Assembly (NCBI GenBank): GCA_029261035.1 | Contig: JAJDCD010000023.1 | Coordinates: 557,126-621,125 of the forward strand | DNA length: 64,000 nt | Origin: Candidatus Omnitrophota bacterium | GTDB lineage: Bacteria > Omnitrophota > Omnitrophia > Omnitrophales > JACROU01 | Direction of reading: 5' to 3' | Shown: positions 57,682 to 64,000 of the stretch, one piece after another | Numbering within the stretch: the stretch's first letter is position 1 | How the letters are laid out: each line of letters starts with the position of its first letter | The notes under the pieces: generated by a model | What the model was told of the DNA's origin: nothing | What the model saw: the letters and a program-made list of their open reading frames with translations, nothing else | Databases searched by the model: none | Translations under genes and position numbers: made by a program

Positions 57682-58398
57682 ATGAAAATCCATTATCTAC
57701 AACATGTTTTATTTGAAGATGCAGCTCATATTGAAGTGTGGGCTAAGGAGTGGAATATTCCTGTGTCTCGGACTCAGTTATTTCTTGAAGACTTCACATT
57801 CCCTTCTGTAGATTCTTTTGATTGGCTTATCATCATGGGAGGTCCCATGAATATATATGAAGAAGCAAATTATCCTTGGTTGAAGCAAGAGAAAGAATTT
57901 ATTAAAAGAGCTATTGATTCAAAAAAGTTTGTATTAGGTATTTGTTTAGGCGCGCAGTTAATAGCGGATGTTTTGGGGGCTCGAGTTACTAAGAATGAAG
58001 AAAAGGAAATAGGTTGGTTTCCTGTTAATCAAATGGACTCGACATCCTCTGTTCTATTTCAGAATTGTCCTGAATCGTTTATGGCATTTCATTGGCACGG
58101 AGATGCTTTTCATATTCCTGAGGAGGCCTTTCATTCAGCTAAAAGCCAGATATGTTTGAATCAAGCGTTTGAATATAAAAAAAGAGTTTTTGGCCTTCAG
58201 TTTCATTTAGAGTCCACCCGTGAAAGCATCCAAAAATTAATAGCTCATTGTAATGATGAGCTTATAGAAGCGCGTTACATTCAGTCACAAGAGAAAATGA
58301 TGGAGCAGATAGATTATTGTGAAGAGATACATCAGTGGAACGAGCAGATTTTAAATAATATTTTAAAAGAGGGAACCAATAGTGAGGTTCTTGCGTAG
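57682..58398 (+). CDS. class I glutamine amidotransferase domain protein
   Basis: MGGPM, GICLGAQ, HWHGD, QFHLE; start moved to ATG 57682. Confidence 0.88.
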   Translation: MKIHYLQHVLFEDAAHIEVWAKEWNIPVSRTQLFLEDFTFPSVDSFDWLIIMGGPMNIYEEANYPWLKQEKEFIKRAIDSKKFVLGICLGAQLIADVLGARVTKNEEKEIGWFPVNQMDSTSSVLFQNCPESFMAFHWHGDAFHIPEEAFHSAKSQICLNQAFEYKKRVFGLQFHLESTRESIQKLIAHCNDELIEARYIQSQEKMMEQIDYCEEIHQWNEQILNNILKEGTNSEVLA

Positions 58399-58437
58399 AA
58401 CAAGTATATTGAATTAATTAAATTTAAGGAGAAAGCC

Positions 58438-59724
58438 ATGTCTGAAACACTTTTTTCTGGAGCAAGTCAGCGGTTAGATGCTGCGGTAAAGCACACCAAA
58501 ATTTCGGAAGATACGATTGAGCGATTGAAGTACCCAAAATCAACAATTAAAGTTTCGATTCCAGTTCGTATGGATAATGGAGAGCTGAAAGTTTTTGAAG
58601 GTTATCGTGTTAGGTACGATGACACAAGAGGTCCTGCTAAGGGTGGGATTCGTTTTCATCCGAATGTGTCGGTGGATGAAGTGCAGTCTCTTGCTTTTTG
58701 GATGACATTTAAGTGTGCCGCTGTCAATATTCCTTTTGGAGGAGGAAAGGGTGGGATTACAGTTAATCCAAAAGAGCTTTCTTTGGCTGAAGTTGAAAGA
58801 TTAAGTCGTGGGTATATTAATGCAGTTGCTGATTTTATTGGTCCTGACATCGATATCCCAGCTCCGGATGTTTATACCAATCAAATGATTATGGGTTGGA
58901 TGATGGATCAATATAGCGTAATCAAACGTCATATTGTTCCTGGAGTTATTACAGGAAAGCCTATTGCGATGGGAGGAAGTTTAGGTCGAGAAACAGCAAC
59001 GGCAATGGGTGCTTTTTATGTGATGCAAAATATGTTACCCAAATTTAAAAAAGAGCCTAAATCCACAACAGTGGCTGTTCAGGGATTTGGAAATGCCGGA
59101 TCTATTTTAGCAGAACTTCTTTTTGATGCAGGCTATAAAGTAGTTGCTGTCAGTGATTCTAAAGGTGGAATCTATTCCAAAGATGGGCTTAATATTCCAA
59201 GCGTAAAGAAGACAAAAGCAGAAACTCGAAAACTCGAAGCTGTTTATTGCGAAGGGTCTGTTTGTAATTTAGTGGATCATGAAAAGATTTCTAATGAAGA
59301 GTTGTTGGAGTTGGATGTGGATGTTTTAGTGCCAGCAGCATTAGAAAATCAAATTACTAAAGAAAATGCAGATAGAATTAAAGCGCCTTATATATTTGAA
59401 GTAGCGAATGGGCCGACAACACCTGAAGCGGATGCTGTTCTTGAATCGAAAGGAATTAAAGTGATTCCGGATATTTTAACGAATGCGGGCGGTGTAACTG
59501 TTAGTTATTTTGAATGGGTTCAAAATAGAATGGGTTATTATTGGTCTGAAGAAGAGGTGAACACAAAGCTAAAAGAAAAAATGATTCCAGAAACAGAAAG
59601 TATATGGAATATTGCACAAGAGAAAAAGATTTCTTTTAGAACAGCAGCATATGTTCATGCTTTGGATCGGATTGAATTGGCGGTTAATGCAAAGGGTGTT
59701 AAAAGTCATTTCGAGAAGGTGTAA
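58438..59724 (+). CDS. gdhA: Glu/Leu/Phe/Val (glutamate) dehydrogenase
   Basis: KGGIRF, GGGKGG, DIPAPD, QGFGNAG, ANGP, NAGGVTVSYFEW. Confidence 0.92.
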   Translation: MSETLFSGASQRLDAAVKHTKISEDTIERLKYPKSTIKVSIPVRMDNGELKVFEGYRVRYDDTRGPAKGGIRFHPNVSVDEVQSLAFWMTFKCAAVNIPFGGGKGGITVNPKELSLAEVERLSRGYINAVADFIGPDIDIPAPDVYTNQMIMGWMMDQYSVIKRHIVPGVITGKPIAMGGSLGRETATAMGAFYVMQNMLPKFKKEPKSTTVAVQGFGNAGSILAELLFDAGYKVVAVSDSKGGIYSKDGLNIPSVKKTKAETRKLEAVYCEGSVCNLVDHEKISNEELLELDVDVLVPAALENQITKENADRIKAPYIFEVANGPTTPEADAVLESKGIKVIPDILTNAGGVTVSYFEWVQNRMGYYWSEEEVNTKLKEKMIPETESIWNIAQEKKISFRTAAYVHALDRIELAVNAKGVKSHFEKV

Positions 59725-59733
59725 AAAGGTGGT

Positions 59734-59826
59734 TTGTCATTCTGAGGAGCATAGCGACGAAGAATCTATGATGTTTAAGTTTGCTACTCCTTTGTCAGAG
59801 ATCCTTCTCTCGGCTCAGGATGACAA
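59734..59826. repeat. GTCA-type REPIN-like element
   Basis: TTGTCATTCTGAG...CTCAGGATGACAA terminal inverted repeats with inner GAAGAATCT/AGATCCTTC pairing. Confidence 0.7.
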
Positions 59827-59832
59827 ATGACA

Positions 59833-60936
59833 TTAAATGGATTTTTTATCATATCCCACTAGTTCTGCGTAGGCATTCCCTTTGATCTTTTTGCCCCTTA
59901 TTCTTCCTTCAACCTTGCAACGTCCTTCCCAATAGGTGATGCCTGTAGATTTTGTTGTGATCATTTCTTGTTCTTTAACTGTAGGAGTTACAATGCAATG
60001 AAGGCCTTCGCTGGGAATAGAAATCTGCCAGGTTGAAGGGTAGGTGATGCCTGTCTTTTCGCTCTTCCACGATTCTAGTGGGTAGATTTGGAATTCGTTC
60101 TGATTTAAATTTCTTTTTACACCATCGCTGTAAATCCAAGTGCCAGCAGAATAAGTGTTGGGAAGTCCGTCTTCGTTTCTTACTTGATAGACAAGAAGCT
60201 CTTCGTTGTTGTCGAGCTGTAAAGCAAACCAGTCCCAACCAGGCAAATCTTTTTCTAATTGAGAGCTTGAAAACTCGTGGTCCATCCAAGCGCTTGCATT
60301 TTCAATTTTGTATTTCTTATCCTTAATTCTTATAGTTCCTTTTCCTTCTAAGCGTGTGATGGAAGTGTAATAAGATGAAAGTGCTTTGTTGGGATGTTTC
60401 TGACTAAAGCCATTCTCTCCGTTTAGTACCAGAGGTTTTGCTTGGTCTAGGTTGAGCATTAAACTGAAATCATCATGGTTTGCTCTTAAAAATAAGTTTT
60501 CTCCAATAAACCGAGCATCCCAACCTCCGAGCCACAGATTTAATTTTGTTTCACTTGCACCAGCATCATCAAAAGTACCCCGGCTCATTTTTTCTGTGAA
60601 GTAGAATTTCTTGTTTTTGTCATCTGTAATAGCAAAGTGTCCTAAATAAATAGAACGTAAAGTCCAAGGGGATGGGGCTGAGAGAGAATCGTCTGAGTTA
60701 ATGCCAACCCTAAAAAAACTAACTTCAAATCCAAAAGTTCTTTTTCGTGTTGTCTCAAGATGTCCTGTAAAGTACCACCATTCGGTTGCGTATTTAGAAT
60801 GCGCCCCATGATCTTTAGGAAATTTTAGTTCATAGCCTTTTCGTACTGTTTCGAAGGAAGTGCTAGAGAGAGCGGGAGAGGTTGTGAAAAGCAATCCCAA
60901 TAATAGAATAAAGGTGCAACACCCGAGTTTATTCAT
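59833..60936 (-). CDS. AttH/CrtC-like exported lipocalin-domain protein
   Basis: FPKDHGAH, EWWYFTG, WMDHEF, GWDWF, YWEG, AELVGY. Confidence 0.85.
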   Translation of the reverse strand: MNKLGCCTFILLLGLLFTTSPALSSTSFETVRKGYELKFPKDHGAHSKYATEWWYFTGHLETTRKRTFGFEVSFFRVGINSDDSLSAPSPWTLRSIYLGHFAITDDKNKKFYFTEKMSRGTFDDAGASETKLNLWLGGWDARFIGENLFLRANHDDFSLMLNLDQAKPLVLNGENGFSQKHPNKALSSYYTSITRLEGKGTIRIKDKKYKIENASAWMDHEFSSSQLEKDLPGWDWFALQLDNNEELLVYQVRNEDGLPNTYSAGTWIYSDGVKRNLNQNEFQIYPLESWKSEKTGITYPSTWQISIPSEGLHCIVTPTVKEQEMITTKSTGITYWEGRCKVEGRIRGKKIKGNAYAELVGYDKKSI

Positions 60937-63496
60937 AATGAAGTACCTTTCCATCGATCTTACGGGCTATAAAAAGTCCTGGAAAAAACCCGGCAAGGAA
61001 GGAGATGGCTGTTGCTCCGATAGAAGTTGATATAAGTAAAATCCAAGGGATTTGAAAACTCACACTCCACCCAAAGAAGAATTTGTTTACAACAAAAATT
61101 AACAAAAATGCCAAGCAAAAACCGAGTCCAATGCCACTTATCAGAGAAGTAGTCCCAATAAATAAAGATTCAGACGTAATCATTTTAATCAACGAAAGGT
61201 TACTGGAACCAATAGCACGCATAACTCCAAACTCTCTTGTTCTTTCCATCATGAGCATAAGAACAGAATTTAAAATGGTAAATCCAGAAATGATTAAAGC
61301 GATAAATTGAAGTGAGTAAGTAATTTTGAAGGTGTCATCAAAAATCTTTAATACTTCATTTCTTAATGTCTGGTTGTTTCGAACCAGTAAATACTCTTCA
61401 GAAAATGTTTTTTGAATTTCTTTCGAGAGAACACTAGCAGAGTAGCCTTCTTTGAGATAGAGGGCCATTCCTTGTTTTTGAGATTGATTGGTTAGACGTT
61501 TAAAATAAGTGTCTGGAACGAGTATAACCCCTTGGTCTGAAGAGTAGTCATAAAAAATGTTAACCACTTTTCCTACTAAGTACTCATCATTGCCTGGGAT
61601 GAATAATTGGTCTCCTATTTTAATATTAAATCGATTGGCATATGGTTCGGAAACAAGGCAGATATTTTCTTCGGAAAGAGTGTCTTTGAATTGATCCATA
61701 GACATTTTCTTTTTCAGCAGAAGTCGATCGTGCTTTTTGAGGATTTCAAATCGAACTCCTTCTAATTTAATTTCACGGTTATCTTGAATTATTTTTTGTG
61801 TTGAAACCCAATCATAATCTTCAACTCCAGGATGGTTTTGTAAATAAGTTATAATTTTTTCTGGGATATAACCTCCTTTACGACCATCAATGGCGTAGGC
61901 AGTGCTAACAAAAATATCTGCTTTAGTTGCGTGGTGAATCCAATTGTCGACTGTATTTCTAAAACTTAAGATCATCATAGACACTCCTATAAACATACCA
62001 ATGGCAATCGTCATGGCAGCAATGGCAGCAGCGTTTCTCTTTAGAGTCATACGAATGTGATCCATTGCTAAATGAAGTTCGAGGCCAATGAGTTTCCCTA
62101 AAACCTTTTTGCATAAAAGAATGGAGGCGCTTAAAAAAGCAGGAATTAGAAGGCAAACCCCTATAACGAGAAGTACTGGGGATACAAAACCCATTAAAAG
62201 ATGGATGTTTAAGAGTTCTTGCTTAGCAAAAATAACTGCAAGAGTTAGAAAAACTCCTGACAGAATTGTGAGAGGCCAAATCCAAGAGTTGAATTTAGTT
62301 TCGATGTTTTGGTAGCTAAAACTTTCTCGAGGTGGGATTTTGAAAATATCAATGCTGGGTAGAAGGCTTGCCATGCAAGCAACAGAGGGTCCTAATAAGA
62401 GGCTTTTAATTATTAAAGAAGGGCTTAGGTGAACTTCACTGATTTCTATAGGTAAATATAAAGTAGAGAAGCTTTGGCTGATCCATTGAATGCAAGTAAA
62501 GGAAAAGAGGTATCCCAAGCCGATGCCGAGCCCAGAAGCAATGAGTCCTGTTAAAATGCTTTCCATCGTTATTAGCCAGAACAAAGTTTGAGGTCTTTCT
62601 CCTAAACAAAGCAGAATACCCATTTCTTTTTTTCGCTTTAATACGTTGTAGCTTACAATATTATATATTAATAAAAAAGCAACCAGCAATGAAATGCAGG
62701 ATAAAAAGTTGAGGTTAAGTTGATAGGCTTGAGTCATCTTGACAGCTTGTTCGTTTTTTTCTTCGTCACTATAGAGTTTTCCAACCCCTTGCATTAAATG
62801 CTGAATTTCTTCTTTGACGGTACCCTTATTTGTTCCAGATTTTGTTTCAATATCAAGCGTGTCGACATATCCGTAGTCTTGAAAGAGGTCTTGATAGTGA
62901 GCTATGTCTGTAATAATAATTTTTCCTCCAAAAGCTTCTGCAATGCCTTCTTCTGGTAGAGTGGACACAATCTCTAGAGACTTCTTTTTTGTATTAACAA
63001 GGATCGAAAAGGGGTTGTCTTGGGTTAGGTCGAACAGAGATTTAGAAGCGAATACTTTTCTTGAGTTCCTGAGCACATCAATGGTTTGGTAGCGTTGGTC
63101 TTTATTTTGAAAAACATCCCAATATTGAAGAGTTGGATTATTGACAAGGTCAACACCCACCACCTGAACCATTCCTAGACGGTTGCCTTTAGAAAAAGCT
63201 TGTACAAATTGGCTGCTACGAGGGGATACCGTGTCTACACTTACCATATTTTTTATTTGAGCAATAAGTTTTTCTGGAATGCCAGCAGAAGTGCCATGGA
63301 CCGTTAATCCGCTTCTGCCTGCTAGTTTTTGTGTGGAGTAGCTAAAGCTTTCAAAAGCATTTTGGTTTGCCAAATGGATGGAAACAAAAACCGCAATGCC
63401 CAAAGTCATGCCAAAAAGGGCTAAAAAAGATTTAAACTTATCATTTTTTATATGGGAAAGAGAGAGTGTCTTAAAAAGTCTAAATAATTTTATCAT
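60929..63496 (-). CDS. FtsX/MacB-type ABC permease (AttF/G-like, duplicated)
   Basis: Two FtsX halves; R-x2-EMGIL-x2-LG and REFGVMRAIG. Confidence 0.85.
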   Translation of the reverse strand: MIKLFRLFKTLSLSHIKNDKFKSFLALFGMTLGIAVFVSIHLANQNAFESFSYSTQKLAGRSGLTVHGTSAGIPEKLIAQIKNMVSVDTVSPRSSQFVQAFSKGNRLGMVQVVGVDLVNNPTLQYWDVFQNKDQRYQTIDVLRNSRKVFASKSLFDLTQDNPFSILVNTKKKSLEIVSTLPEEGIAEAFGGKIIITDIAHYQDLFQDYGYVDTLDIETKSGTNKGTVKEEIQHLMQGVGKLYSDEEKNEQAVKMTQAYQLNLNFLSCISLLVAFLLIYNIVSYNVLKRKKEMGILLCLGERPQTLFWLITMESILTGLIASGLGIGLGYLFSFTCIQWISQSFSTLYLPIEISEVHLSPSLIIKSLLLGPSVACMASLLPSIDIFKIPPRESFSYQNIETKFNSWIWPLTILSGVFLTLAVIFAKQELLNIHLLMGFVSPVLLVIGVCLLIPAFLSASILLCKKVLGKLIGLELHLAMDHIRMTLKRNAAAIAAMTIAIGMFIGVSMMILSFRNTVDNWIHHATKADIFVSTAYAIDGRKGGYIPEKIITYLQNHPGVEDYDWVSTQKIIQDNREIKLEGVRFEILKKHDRLLLKKKMSMDQFKDTLSEENICLVSEPYANRFNIKIGDQLFIPGNDEYLVGKVVNIFYDYSSDQGVILVPDTYFKRLTNQSQKQGMALYLKEGYSASVLSKEIQKTFSEEYLLVRNNQTLRNEVLKIFDDTFKITYSLQFIALIISGFTILNSVLMLMMERTREFGVMRAIGSSNLSLIKMITSESLFIGTTSLISGIGLGFCLAFLLIFVVNKFFFGWSVSFQIPWILLISTSIGATAISFLAGFFPGLFIARKIDGKVLHYE

Positions 63497-63508
63497 GAGG
63501 TTTCAGGG

Positions 63509-64000
63509 TCAATGCTGAGGTTGTTTGGTTATTTGTTTTACGAGTTTTCCCTCTTTTAATTTGTATTTTTCATCCGCACGTTCAATGAAGGCCTCGTCAT
63601 GAGTAACTACAAGAATAGTCATCTTTTCTTTTTCTTTTAACTCTGAAAAAATTTCAATCATTTTATCTCGATTTTTTAAATCTAGATTACCACTAGGTTC
63701 GTCTGCCAACAGAATGGAAGGTCGATTCATAAGAGCGCGTGCAATAGCGGCTCTTTGTATTTCTCCACCTGAAACTTGATGAGGAAGTCGATGGGCCTCT
63801 TTGTTGAGTCCAACGGCTTCGATGCAGTTTTCTACTCTTTCCTTCAGTATTTTATTTTTCATTCCTTGAAGTTGTCCAGGAATAGCAATGTTGTCTTTGA
63901 TTGTTAATGTAGGTAAAAGGTTGAAAAACTGAAAGACAATCCCAACATGATTAAGTCGATATTGAGCCAGCTCCTCAGAAGATTTAGAATGAATTTTTTC
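63509..64000 (-). CDS. ABC ATP-binding protein (LolD/AttE-like), 5' part outside window
   Basis: Frame is open to the window edge: VGIVFQFFNLLPTLT...VSGGEIQR, ADEPSGNLD, VVTHD. Confidence 0.9.
   Translation of the reverse strand, partial: EKIHSKSSEELAQYRLNHVGIVFQFFNLLPTLTIKDNIAIPGQLQGMKNKILKERVENCIEAVGLNKEAHRLPHQVSGGEIQRAAIARALMNRPSILLADEPSGNLDLKNRDKMIEIFSELKEKEKMTILVVTHDEAFIERADEKYKLKEGKLVKQITKQPQH

Noticed and set aside
1249-63092. Many short antisense or alternate-frame ORFs in the track (e.g. 1249-1662, 26656-27096, 41497-41811, 49465-49860)
   Set aside because: They lie within well-supported genes and show no recognisable motifs
1-64000. tRNA, rRNA, IS transposase, integrase, prophage or defence-system genes
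   Set aside because: None was recognised by eye; a covariance-model and HMM scan would be needed to exclude them fully

Overview
64 kb of AT-rich bacterial chromosome with mostly housekeeping and envelope genes. An OmcB-like DUF11 lipoprotein, a PPi-type PEP carboxykinase and a CBS-korAB-CBS operon suggest the PVC superphylum, possibly Omnitrophota (inference). Recognisable genes include slyD, topA, metF, sodC, a sulfite reductase hemoprotein, a CPA1 antiporter, korAB, prmA, mrpA-G, rpmG, ahpC, phoBR-porin-pstSCAB-phoU, gpmA, acs, a DedA/TVP38 plus flavin disulfide reductase pair, gdhA and an AttE/F/H-like ABC system cut by the window edge. Three small genes are missing from the ORF track: an entericidin-like lipoprotein, rpmG and a 42-aa secreted tri-(Cys-Cys) peptide. 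I saw no rRNA, tRNA, CRISPR array, transposase or prophage. The most interesting signal is two independent cassettes with the same design. In each, an exported Cys/His-containing leader ORF ends in a RAPP or RPP arrest-like motif, and its Pro-Pro codons (CCU CCU) can base-pair with the Shine-Dalgarno of the next gene. One cassette precedes the unannotated secreted metallothionein-like micropeptide. The other precedes a His/Met-rich outer-membrane protein and is divergent from Cu/Zn SOD. Several families of palindromic intergenic repeats and a sharp local G/T third-codon-position skew are also present. All product calls come from motif recognition by eye, not from database searches.
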